Assembly: GCA_041671145.1 (NCBI GenBank)
Contig: JBAZBZ010000002.1
Span: 16,854 to 80,853, forward strand
DNA: 64,000 nt
Direction: 5' to 3'
Origin: Bacteroidales bacterium
GTDB lineage: Bacteria; Bacteroidota; Bacteroidia; Bacteroidales; JAHJDW01
Shown one piece after another: positions 38,222 to 47,203 of the stretch; positions within the stretch are counted from its first letter, which is position 1, and each line of letters opens with the position of its first letter. Below the pieces are notes generated by a model that was not told the origin of the DNA, searched no databases, and saw nothing but the letters and a program-made list of their open reading frames with translations. The position numbers and the translations under genes are program-made.

Positions 38222-38803
38222 TTATTCGGTTTTTGTTTTCTTTGTAAAATAATTTCCGGCACTAAATCCCAAACCAAGCTTCTCCCCTATTGTCCAATAC
38301 TCACGAATTGTCGAACAATAAACAAGTGGATTTATTTTTTTTATATCAATCTTATTATTACTAAATTTATCCGAATCAACGTGTGTTTCGAGAATTTCAC
38401 CAAAAATAATTATTCTTTCGCCAAGTTCCATTTCCTTTATAACTCTACATTCCATATTCAGCGGACATTCTTTTATAAGCGGCACATCTACTTTTAAGCT
38501 TTCCATTGCTGTAAAATTCACATCTTTGAACTTGTTCGTATTTTTTCCGGAAACTATTCCGCAATAATCGGCTTCTTTATATTTATCTGCCGGAGGAATA
38601 TTAACCGTAAAGACAGAATTTTTTCTTATTAGTTGCAATGAATGTCTTTTATTTAACAGTGAAAAGGCGATTGTTGGCGGATTACCACTAACAATACTTA
38701 TCCAGCCAATAGTAATTATATTTGGATTTTCAGCAGTGCCCGTTACCACCAAAGCAGCAGGCATGGGAAAAAATGTGGTCGAAGGACCTATTTGCTTTTT
38801 CAT
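38222..38803 (-). CDS. Flavin reductase-like (FMN-binding split-barrel) protein
   Basis: FFPMPAALVVTG...NIITIGWISIVSGNPPTIAFSL...HSLQLIRKNSVFTVNIP. Confidence 0.75.
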   Translation of the reverse strand: MKKQIGPSTTFFPMPAALVVTGTAENPNIITIGWISIVSGNPPTIAFSLLNKRHSLQLIRKNSVFTVNIPPADKYKEADYCGIVSGKNTNKFKDVNFTAMESLKVDVPLIKECPLNMECRVIKEMELGERIIIFGEILETHVDSDKFSNNKIDIKKINPLVYCSTIREYWTIGEKLGLGFSAGNYFTKKTKTE

Positions 38804-39153
38804 TTTTATAAAATTTAATCAATAATACAAATTAACAATATAAAAAGCAAAAATATTAAAATTAAATATATATAAAAACAGATAAAACAGATGAATGTTT
38901 TTTTAATCAAAAAAATTATTAATATGTATTATTAAGTTGTAATTTATTTTTCTTAATTTTGTTACATTAATTTTTTAATGTTATTAAACATACTCTATTA
39001 AATTTTTACTAAATAAAAATAATAATGTACTCATTAATGCAACTTTTTTATATTAATTAGTGTCTTAACAGTAAAATTCTAAAAAAAACCAAACCAACTT
39101 ACATACTAAACAGTATAACTCATTTTTATTTTAAAATAATAATAAAATTCATC

Positions 39154-42100
39154 ATGAAAAAATCAATATTAACTTCAGCATTACTGTTAATTGGAAGTTT
39201 CATTTTTGCACAAGACGGAACACGTAAACCAATCAGTGACCCTACGGTAAACGGGCAAACCATAGACCTAACAACAGGTATGGAAATTACATCGAGCGGA
39301 GCAAACGCCTCTACATCTCCTTCTCCTAATTATCACCCGGTAACATATGCTGCAAATGAATATTATACTGTTGTTTTGCACTCAGCAAATCATACCAAAT
39401 TGAAATTTTCTTTCAGAACGATTAGTCAATTAGCTCCTGATGTTTCTCATGTTCCAATTGAGCACGTTGATATAAAAAGCACCGACCACTTAAAAGTATA
39501 TGAGGGAATTGGCACAGGAGGCACTGTGTTATTTGATTATACAGATTTATCTTATACAACTACAGCTTCATATCCAGCTTTAAACGGGAGTGCAGTTGTT
39601 TCTATGGGGGAGTATATAACTATTGAATGGACATCTGCTTCTGCAAGCGCAGGTTATGGATTCAGGGTCGCTGTGGGTTGTCCTCCCGATAATTGTAATG
39701 GAAACAAGCCCGCTGCGGATTCGTGTCAAAACGCTACACCTATTTGTGATTTAACAAACTATTGCGGAAACACAAGTTATTGGTATTCCCGCGATTTGCC
39801 GGGAACCACAGGAGCCATGTGCGACGGGAACTTTTCATATCCTACTACCTGTGCCCTTTTCAATGGTGCTGTTGATAACAATTCGTGGCTTATTTTTCAG
39901 GCAGCCAGTTCTGCAGTTAACTTGCAGGTAACTGTTAGTAATTGCACAAACAGTACCAATAATGGAATTCAATTTGCAGTATATAATGGTTCAAATTGTA
40001 ACAATTTTACTTTAGTATCAGATGCAGTATATATTAGTCCTACTGGCATTCCACCTCCTGGTACAACTGTTTCTTTAACGGGGCTAACTCCAGGTAATAA
40101 TTATTACATTATGATAGATGGAAGGAACGGGGATGTTTGTGATTATACAATTAAAGCAAGCAGTGGTGTATCTGTTATTAGTGCAAATTCTACAAATAAT
40201 AACATTTGCTTGGGAACATCTACCACTCTTTGTGCAAGCGGGGGAAATAATTTTACATGGAGTAATGGTGGCGGATTAGGGAGTTGCGTAACAATTTCTC
40301 CAACAATTACTACTACATATACAGTTACAGGTGTTCCTGATTTTCAGTTATGTGGTCTTCTTGGAACGGCTTCTGTTGTGGTTACTATTAATACACCACC
40401 TGCTGTATTAGCAACAGGAAACTCAATTTGCAGTGGAGCATGCACAACAGTTACTGCAACTGGAGGATTAACATATACATGGAGTACAAGCCCTGTGCAA
40501 TACGGCTCTGCAATAACAGTTTGCCCCACAGCTACAACCACATATTATGTTACAGGAACAAATTCATCGGGATGCACCAACACTTCTTCAACAGTTGTTA
40601 CTGTAAATACTTTTACTGCGTTTGGAGCTACGGGAAATTCAGTTTGTAACGGAGGATGTACAACAGTTACGGCAACAGGAGGAAGTTTTTATACGTGGAA
40701 TACAAGTCCGCCACAAACAAGTTCTACTATTACTGTTTGTCCATCAGCAACAACAACATATATAGTCACCATTACAAATTCTTTAGGGTGTTCGGCAACT
40801 ACTTCAGCAGTTGTAACAGTAAACCTCTTTACTACAATTGGAGCTACGGGAAATGTAGTTTGTAGTGGAGGTTGCACAACAATCTCGGCAACAGGCGGAG
40901 ATACATATACATGGAGTACAAGTCCAACGAAAACAGGTGCTACTATTACTGTTTGTCCTACAGCAACAATAACTTATACCGTTACCGGTGCAAATTTTTC
41001 AGGATGTTCAGGAACTTCTTCAACAGTAGTAAATATAAACACAATACCTAACATCACTGCAACAGGTGGTCAAGCTTGTAAAGGAATATGTACGACAATT
41101 TCAGCAAATGGACCTAATTTATTTATGTGGAGTACAGGACAGAGTGGTAATATCATATCAGTTTGTCCTACAACTACTACCACATATACTGTTACCGGAA
41201 CAACTGCAAACTGTACAAATTCGACGTCTGCAATAGTAACAATATTTGCAAACCCAACAATAACTGCAAACGGAGGAGCAATATGTATTGGCAATTCATT
41301 TGTTATCACTGCTTCAGGAGGTAGTTTGTACACGTGGAATATAGGACCAAATACTCCCGGCATAACTGTCAGCCCTACTACTATCACAACTTATTGCGTA
41401 ACAGGCACCGACTCGCATACTTGTTCAAATACTTATTGTGTTATAGTTAATGTTAACCAAAAGCCCGGTATAACTTTAAATGGAACACCATCATCTATAT
41501 GTTATGGTAATAATACTATTTTAACAGCTAGCGGAGGTAATTCATATAGTTGGAATAATGGATTAGGTACGGGACAGCCTAAAACAGTTTCACCAACACA
41601 AACAATTATGTATATCGTAACTGGTACTAATAATAACGGATGCTCTAATACCATACAAACAACTATTACTGTCTTTCCACAACTTTTTGCAAGTACAATC
41701 CCGACTGATGAAATTTGCAATAATGACAGCGGAGCAGCTTGTATAACAGTTACAGGCGGAGTACCCACATATTCATATTTGTGGAATACAGGAGCAAATA
41801 CAAGTTGCATTAATAATTTACATACAGGAAGTTTTACTGTATCAGTAGTTGATTTGAATGGATGTCCAATAATAAGAACTATAGTTGTTAATAACATAAT
41901 GACAGACCCTGATGGTACTCCAACTGCCGATAAATATCTTGATGTCATAACTCACAAATTTTTATTTGACTGGAATGGAACAAACGGCTCAAATTATCAT
42001 TGGAATTTTGGCGACGGAGATACAAGCAATCTAAAAAATCCAAATCATACTTACGAAAAAAGTGGTAAGTACACAGTAAAACTTATTGTAATGTCAGCGA

Positions 42101-42411
42101 ATGGCTGTTTAATGGAATACACTTTCACAGTTGAAGTTGTAGTACCATTCAAAATTGAAGTTTTCAATGTTTTCACTCCGAATAATGATAACATTAATGA
42201 CAGATACAAGGTTAAATATACTGGTGATTATTTATATTTCCGAATGTTGATTTTCGACCGATGGGGAAGAAAATTACATGAAACAAAAGATATTGATGCA
42301 GGATGGAAATGCGATAATTGTTCCGATGGAACATATTATTATATAATTTACGCAAAAGGAAAAGACGGAAGTGAATATGATTTTCACGGAGCTCTTACTT
42401 TAATAAAATAA
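39154..42411 (+). CDS. T9SS-secreted repeat adhesin with type-B (CHU_C / gliding-motility-associated) C-terminal sorting domain
   Basis: Signal peptide MKKSILTSALLLIGSFIFAQ. Seven ~72-aa Cys-containing repeats, an SprB-type repeat (ACITVTGGVPTYSYLWNTG) and a PKD domain (WNFGDGDTSNLKNPNHTYEKSGKYTVKL). The C-terminus is FNVFTPNNDNINDRY...IFDRWGRKLHE...GWKCDNCSDGTYYYIIY...GALTLIK. Confidence 0.85.
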   Translation: MKKSILTSALLLIGSFIFAQDGTRKPISDPTVNGQTIDLTTGMEITSSGANASTSPSPNYHPVTYAANEYYTVVLHSANHTKLKFSFRTISQLAPDVSHVPIEHVDIKSTDHLKVYEGIGTGGTVLFDYTDLSYTTTASYPALNGSAVVSMGEYITIEWTSASASAGYGFRVAVGCPPDNCNGNKPAADSCQNATPICDLTNYCGNTSYWYSRDLPGTTGAMCDGNFSYPTTCALFNGAVDNNSWLIFQAASSAVNLQVTVSNCTNSTNNGIQFAVYNGSNCNNFTLVSDAVYISPTGIPPPGTTVSLTGLTPGNNYYIMIDGRNGDVCDYTIKASSGVSVISANSTNNNICLGTSTTLCASGGNNFTWSNGGGLGSCVTISPTITTTYTVTGVPDFQLCGLLGTASVVVTINTPPAVLATGNSICSGACTTVTATGGLTYTWSTSPVQYGSAITVCPTATTTYYVTGTNSSGCTNTSSTVVTVNTFTAFGATGNSVCNGGCTTVTATGGSFYTWNTSPPQTSSTITVCPSATTTYIVTITNSLGCSATTSAVVTVNLFTTIGATGNVVCSGGCTTISATGGDTYTWSTSPTKTGATITVCPTATITYTVTGANFSGCSGTSSTVVNINTIPNITATGGQACKGICTTISANGPNLFMWSTGQSGNIISVCPTTTTTYTVTGTTANCTNSTSAIVTIFANPTITANGGAICIGNSFVITASGGSLYTWNIGPNTPGITVSPTTITTYCVTGTDSHTCSNTYCVIVNVNQKPGITLNGTPSSICYGNNTILTASGGNSYSWNNGLGTGQPKTVSPTQTIMYIVTGTNNNGCSNTIQTTITVFPQLFASTIPTDEICNNDSGAACITVTGGVPTYSYLWNTGANTSCINNLHTGSFTVSVVDLNGCPIIRTIVVNNIMTDPDGTPTADKYLDVITHKFLFDWNGTNGSNYHWNFGDGDTSNLKNPNHTYEKSGKYTVKLIVMSANGCLMEYTFTVEVVVPFKIEVFNVFTPNNDNINDRYKVKYTGDYLYFRMLIFDRWGRKLHETKDIDAGWKCDNCSDGTYYYIIYAKGKDGSEYDFHGALTLIK
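40180..41690 (+). repeat. In-frame tandem array, ~7 units of ~210-216 nt, inside the adhesin gene
   Basis: Unit consensus ATGNxxCxGxCTTxxATGGxxYTWSTSPxxxGxxITVCPTATTTYxVTGTNxxGCxxTSSxVVTVN. DNA-level similarity between adjacent units is visible. Confidence 0.8.
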
Positions 42412-42448
42412 ATTTTAAAACTGCGTTAAACTTTTTAATATTTTTTTG

Positions 42449-42480
42449 AAACCGGGATAAAAATAAATTCCGGTTTTTTT
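42449..42480 (+). terminator. Possible intrinsic terminator after the adhesin gene
   Basis: AAACCGG (42449-42455) pairs with CCGGTTT (42470-42476) around a 14-nt loop, followed by a T-run. The loop is long, so the call is weak. Confidence 0.4.
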
Positions 42481-43728
42481 ATTCTTTTATTCAAATTTGA
42501 ATCAAAGTAAAACAAAAATGATTTCCAACAAATTATTTCGCTATTATAATTTAAGCTCAACTATAGCATTATTTCGCTTCATGCCTAAAGTTTAATTTGG
42601 GTTTAAGATACATTACAAAATCTCAAAAAAATATTGAGAAAAAATCATTCATCTATATTCTAACATTATTATATGTTCACAAAAAATATTTTTTGCGAAT
42701 TGCTAAAGTTGTTTCAAGTATAAAAAAATATTTTATATTTTGATATAAGATAGTATATGTTTTAAATTTAAAGACACATAATTTCAAACATCTAATTTAT
42801 AACTTCTATTTTAATATCAATCAAGATTTCAATAATTTTTATTTTCAGATAACCATTTTTCTTTTTTTCATTTCTTCAAATAAAATCTTTTAAACTTTCC
42901 ATATTCATTTTTTTACATCATATTTTTAATACAACAAATAACTTCAATATAGTTAAACTACAAAGAAGTCAAACACAAAAATTGAAATTACTTTCAGCAA
43001 AATAAAAATATGATATTTTTTATAGCAGTTTATTTTTGAAAAAGAATTAAATAAATCTACAAATCTCATTAAATGAAAAAGTAATATAATAAAGAGTTTA
43101 CAATACTTTTCATTCAGAACATAAATGCAAACACAAAAACTTTTTTAATAAAAAATAGATTTTTCATTTCGTTAAATTATTTTTTAAAAAAATCAGTTTT
43201 ATTAATCTCAAAAAATAAAAAAACATTTCGTTTTTTTCTATTTTAATTTCATTTTAATTAAGAAAATCAGCAAATACTTGTCATTATTGATGTGTATATA
43301 CTATGATTTTATGACTATCATTAAATTTTTCTTTGTTTCTCAAAAAAAATAAAAATTTTTAACTTACAAAAAACATAAAAATAAATTTTGCATTTATAAT
43401 TTCATAAAAATCAAATTCAAAAATTATTTTTTTTCTTACAAAGAAATATTTTTCATTCTTCTATTTTCCTTTATTAATAATACTTTCCGTTATTGAAAAA
43501 AAAATAAAAAAATATTTTCAAAAAAAAAGTTAATAACTTGTTTATATTATTAATAACAAATTTAAATCTATGATTAAATTTAATATTATTTTTGTTTCAT
43601 TAAAACTCAGGAAAGTTGTTTGGAATTTTTAACCTGAATTAAAAAATCAAACTGTAATAAGTTTGAAAATGAAAATTTCAGCAGAGATTATTCCACTCTG
43701 ATAATTGGAATTAAAATGTATACATATC

Positions 43729-43809
43729 ATGGCAAAAAAAGTTGTTAAAAAAGCTGTTAAAAAAGCAGTAGCAAAAAAGAAACCTGCAGCAAAAAAGAAA
43801 AAAAAGTAA
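43729..43809 (+). CDS. 26-aa lysine/alanine-rich histone-H1-tail-like small protein (candidate)
   Basis: My translation is MAKKVVKKAVKKAVAKKKPAAKKKKK*. A strong hairpin terminator follows 13 nt later. Confidence 0.45.
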   Translation: MAKKVVKKAVKKAVAKKKPAAKKKKK

Positions 43810-43821
43810 GTAGGTTAAACT

Positions 43822-43850
43822 AAAAAGGGGGATTTAATCCCCCTTTTTTA
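43822..43850. terminator. Bidirectional intrinsic terminator
   Basis: AAAAA-GGGGGAT-tta-ATCCCCC-TTTTTT. A-run and T-run flanks let it serve both the small + strand ORF and the convergent Omp28-like gene. Confidence 0.7.
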
Positions 43851-43865
43851 TTTTGTAAAATTATC

Positions 43866-44720
43866 TTACAAAATTATTTTTTCCTCTTCCGCCTGAACAA
43901 TTTCATAATTAAAAGTATTATAAACAAAAACCACAACAGTGCAATTTTTTTCTTTCCACTCATTGTTTAAAACAATACTATAATTTTTAAAAATAGTAAA
44001 TCCGGTTGGCGTATTTCCACTTATCAAAGTATCGCCCCACGTTGAATTAACTGCACATCTCAAAACATGCTGATGAACATAATCGGCAATATCAGGAACT
44101 ATTCCTAACGCAGGTGAATTATTTTTCTGATATTTTATTATGCTATCTTCCGTGAGATAAACACAAAGTTTATAAGTTCCGGTAAATGATTTTAAAAATT
44201 CTGTTTTTACATTTACATTAAGATTTCTATTTGTGTTTGAGTAATTATTTGTGATTTCGATATGTGCATCGGGAGAAATATTTATTATTTCATTTATTTT
44301 TGTTCCCCAGTCAGCATAACTGAAAATATAATCTGTATTATAACCTTTTCTGTTTATCATTCCGCTGGGAACTCCAAATGCACTTACTCCGAAAAAATTA
44401 TAAATATCGGTGCCGGTTGTTGTTCTGAAATCATAAATATAATTTCCGCTGGCATCCGGTTCAGCAAAATATCCGGCATGAAGAGAAATCACTACCAATC
44501 TTTCACCGAATTGTTGTTTCAGTTCCATAATAGTGTTAGCTGCACCGGGACAATTAACACATTTATGTCCGGTAAAATCTTCAAGTAAAATTTTTCTTTG
44601 CTTTAAAGTATCATTATTTTGTTCGGTATTTTTTTTCTTATACGGAGGTTCAATTTTATCGCAAGAAATAAATGCAATAAAAAAAATAAATATTACAAAA
44701 TAAATAAATCTATTTCTCAT
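43866..44720 (-). CDS. Omp28-related thioredoxin-fold outer-membrane lipoprotein
   Basis: Lipobox-like FIAFISCDK. LLEDFTGHKCVNCPGA carries a CxxC in the Omp28-family context. Confidence 0.65.
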   Translation of the reverse strand: MRNRFIYFVIFIFFIAFISCDKIEPPYKKKNTEQNNDTLKQRKILLEDFTGHKCVNCPGAANTIMELKQQFGERLVVISLHAGYFAEPDASGNYIYDFRTTTGTDIYNFFGVSAFGVPSGMINRKGYNTDYIFSYADWGTKINEIINISPDAHIEITNNYSNTNRNLNVNVKTEFLKSFTGTYKLCVYLTEDSIIKYQKNNSPALGIVPDIADYVHQHVLRCAVNSTWGDTLISGNTPTGFTIFKNYSIVLNNEWKEKNCTVVVFVYNTFNYEIVQAEEEKIIL

Positions 44721-44722
44721 TT

Positions 44723-46375
44723 TTAAAAATTACTTGTAATTGACATTGTAATTCCATTCATTGAAGGAACATTTCTGCAAACGCCACCTGCGCATATAAC
44801 TCCTTCATTTTGTCTTCCGTAATTTATTGCAATTCTTGTTGCATTTTTCACAAAACCTAATGAAGCCGTATAATAATGAATTTGTTTTTTGCTATTGCTG
44901 TTTCCATAATTCCAATCATCAGAAACTGTAAAAAACCATTTCGGACTAATTGTATATTCCAACAAACCGGATGCCCAATTACCTTTATCCTGTTCAGTAT
45001 ATAAATGTTGCAGTTCCATTCTCAAGTTATTTTTTTCATCAAGTTTGTATGATAAATCAAGAGCGAAAGTATTTGCATAAACAATACCTTCGCCAGTATG
45101 ACCTTCGATAATATCTTTATTATAAACCAGATTTGCAAAAAATAATATCACTTTTATTTTTTTGCTGAATTTATGAGTTACCTCCGCATTAAAATCCTCA
45201 AAATATTTTTCATTTCCTATTTTAAAGAAATCGGATTTATAACCCAACGTTCCTTTTTCATTTAATGGAATGGTATCATTAGTTTTTTCCTTATCAATTG
45301 AATTTGCAATTGAATAATTCAAATTTATTACAGTACCATAATTACCACCCAGCCATGTATTTTTTTTAACAGTATAAATAACCTGTGCATAAAAACCAAT
45401 TTCTCCGTTTGGTTGTGTTGCATAAGGATACATTGATGCCAATGAATAGGTGTGTTGTTTTGTTAAAGCAGGCAAATAATTTATTAATAAATTATTTCCG
45501 GTTGCATTTCTCTCAGAACGAAAATCCATATTGTCAACTCTCTTTGCCGATAATAAAATGCCAAGTCCTTTTTGTGAAAATGTAATTGATGAATAAATTG
45601 CATTGCCGGGTTTGTATATTAAATTATTAACTGCCGAAGGGTCATTTATTTTGTATGCATATTCTCCGTATAAATTAATTTTTCCTGAAGTAAAATTTAA
45701 CCTTCCGGCACAAGCAGCCACATTCTCCGGAAAATAATATATCGGGTCATTACTATTCTGATATTTACTTACAAAGCTTCCGCCGAAAGTTAATTTTGTT
45801 TTCTTTTCCGAAAGTTTTTTAAAAATATCATTTAAAAAAAATTCTCCGTCAGCACCTCTCACGATTCCTTCACCTTTAGTGAAAAATGAACGCTGATTCC
45901 CGACAAGTCCTTTTAAGGTAATTCCTTTTATAAGTTCTGATTTTATTCTTATTCCATCAATTGAATTATCAAAACCAAGTCCCCGGTCCTCATAAGTTCT
46001 CAATATCATTCCGCTTCCGAACTGTTCATAAAAATTTCCGACAGTTATTTCAACATTATCGGTTTTATATGAAGCAAATCTGTATGGTATCCCATTCCCT
46101 TTATACCTTACATCAAATCCTTTAAGTGCATTCTGATAACTTTCGAATCTAAATCCCGCATTAAATTTTGAATTTGTATATAAAAAATTTGCAAAACCAT
46201 TCATTAAAAAATCTTCAGGAACTTTAGTGGCTCCAATTGCAGTATCTTTAAAATAATATTGACAATCCGTTTGAAAGCTTCCATGAATTTCCCCATTTTT
46301 TAAAAAATTCTGAGCGGAAATACTTATTTTAAATCCAAATATCAACAAAAATAATATTACTGATTTATTTTTCAA
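44723..46375 (-). CDS. Outer-membrane beta-barrel protein (DUF6029-like)
   Basis: Signal peptide, alternating beta-strand pattern and a C-terminal ...ITMSITSNF aromatic terminus. It sits between TlpA and Omp28-like genes. Confidence 0.5.
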   Translation of the reverse strand: MKNKSVILFLLIFGFKISISAQNFLKNGEIHGSFQTDCQYYFKDTAIGATKVPEDFLMNGFANFLYTNSKFNAGFRFESYQNALKGFDVRYKGNGIPYRFASYKTDNVEITVGNFYEQFGSGMILRTYEDRGLGFDNSIDGIRIKSELIKGITLKGLVGNQRSFFTKGEGIVRGADGEFFLNDIFKKLSEKKTKLTFGGSFVSKYQNSNDPIYYFPENVAACAGRLNFTSGKINLYGEYAYKINDPSAVNNLIYKPGNAIYSSITFSQKGLGILLSAKRVDNMDFRSERNATGNNLLINYLPALTKQHTYSLASMYPYATQPNGEIGFYAQVIYTVKKNTWLGGNYGTVINLNYSIANSIDKEKTNDTIPLNEKGTLGYKSDFFKIGNEKYFEDFNAEVTHKFSKKIKVILFFANLVYNKDIIEGHTGEGIVYANTFALDLSYKLDEKNNLRMELQHLYTEQDKGNWASGLLEYTISPKWFFTVSDDWNYGNSNSKKQIHYYTASLGFVKNATRIAINYGRQNEGVICAGGVCRNVPSMNGITMSITSNF

Positions 46376-46456
46376 TTTGAAAATTTTAACTTATACCTTT
46401 TTAAAAAATATTATGCCTTATTAGCGAAGTTGTTTGTTGAAATCTTGCAATTTTTC

Positions 46457-46484
46457 TAACTTCCAACATCCAACTTCTAACTTC
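46457..46484. repeat. 4 x 7-nt degenerate heptamer array (TAACTTC CAACATC CAACTTC TAACTTC)
   Basis: Read directly from the intergenic spacer between the TlpA stop and the barrel-gene start. Confidence 0.7.
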
Positions 46485-46515
46485 GAATTAACGTAGTTTT
46501 ATAATTAACATAATT

Positions 46516-47043
46516 CTATTTATCTATTGCTTCTCCCTTAATGATTTTTCTTATAATATTGATTAATTCGATTTCAGAGCCCTCGGTAAATGAAGTGTGC
46601 TGCCATACAACTTGTCCTTTACCGTTTAAAATAAAAGTATGCGGTATTAAATTCACATTCATTGCTCTTTTAAAATCGCTGTTTGCGTCAAGCAATACTT
46701 CGTACGTCCAATCATTACCTTCAACAAACGGCTTAACATTCAGAGTTGTTCTCGAATCATCAACGGAAACGATAATTATTTTAACACCGGTTTCCTTTTG
46801 CCAATCACCATATAATTCGGCAATTGTTGTGAGCTCCTTAATACATGGTTTGCACCATGTTGACCAAAAACTTAATATTATAGGTTTACCGTCATTAGAA
46901 ATTGAAGAAGTATTAAAAGATTTTCCATCTATTGTTTTAATATCCACTGAAGGCAATACTTTATTATTATCTTGTGAAAAGCCACCATTTGCAATTAAAA
47001 TCAAAATGATTATTATCAGAATATTTTTTTTACTTTTTATCAT
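46516..47043 (-). CDS. TlpA/ResA-family thiol:disulfide oxidoreductase
   Basis: Signal peptide and FWSTWCKPC (CxxC). 175 aa. Confidence 0.8.
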   Translation of the reverse strand: MIKSKKNILIIIILILIANGGFSQDNNKVLPSVDIKTIDGKSFNTSSISNDGKPIILSFWSTWCKPCIKELTTIAELYGDWQKETGVKIIIVSVDDSRTTLNVKPFVEGNDWTYEVLLDANSDFKRAMNVNLIPHTFILNGKGQVVWQHTSFTEGSEIELINIIRKIIKGEAIDK

Positions 47044-47203
47044 AAAAAATATATTAAATAAAATTATAAATGAAACAAATACAAACTTAAGAAAATAATT
47101 AATTAGTTACAACAAGTATCAATTTCGTTATTAAGCCAAAATAAGAAATTTACTACAACAAAATTTCATTTTTATCGTTTAAAGAATAATTAAAACGCTA
47201 TAA

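Noticed and set aside
40180-41690. The regular repeats in 40-41.7 kb as a CRISPR array or non-coding satellite.
   Set aside because: The period is about 216 nt, in frame, inside one uninterrupted 1085-aa ORF that has a signal peptide and a T9SS C-terminal domain. The repeats are protein domain repeats. The many antisense or alternate-frame ORFs here (40344..40541, 40428..40649, 40656..40865, 40689..40877, 41070..41387, 41502..41948) are by-products of stop-poor composition.
42412-43728. The AT-rich ORF-free block as a chromosomal replication origin; recF is about 13 kb away.
   Set aside because: I found no TTATCCACA-like DnaA boxes on either strand by eye, and dnaA/dnaN are not adjacent. recF is not reliably oriC-linked in Bacteroidota.
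46541-47098. A 185-aa plus-strand ORF antisense to the TlpA gene. Similar long antisense ORFs occur at 49869..50351, 44262..44588, 56867..57214, 58512..58853, 30964..31496 and 27080..27400.
   Set aside because: In each case the opposite strand encodes a protein with clear family motifs (WCKPC; SBBP repeats; Omp28 CxxC; RecF Walker A; TPR; CE4 HTYSHP; GT4 block). The antisense products are low-complexity with no recognisable motifs.
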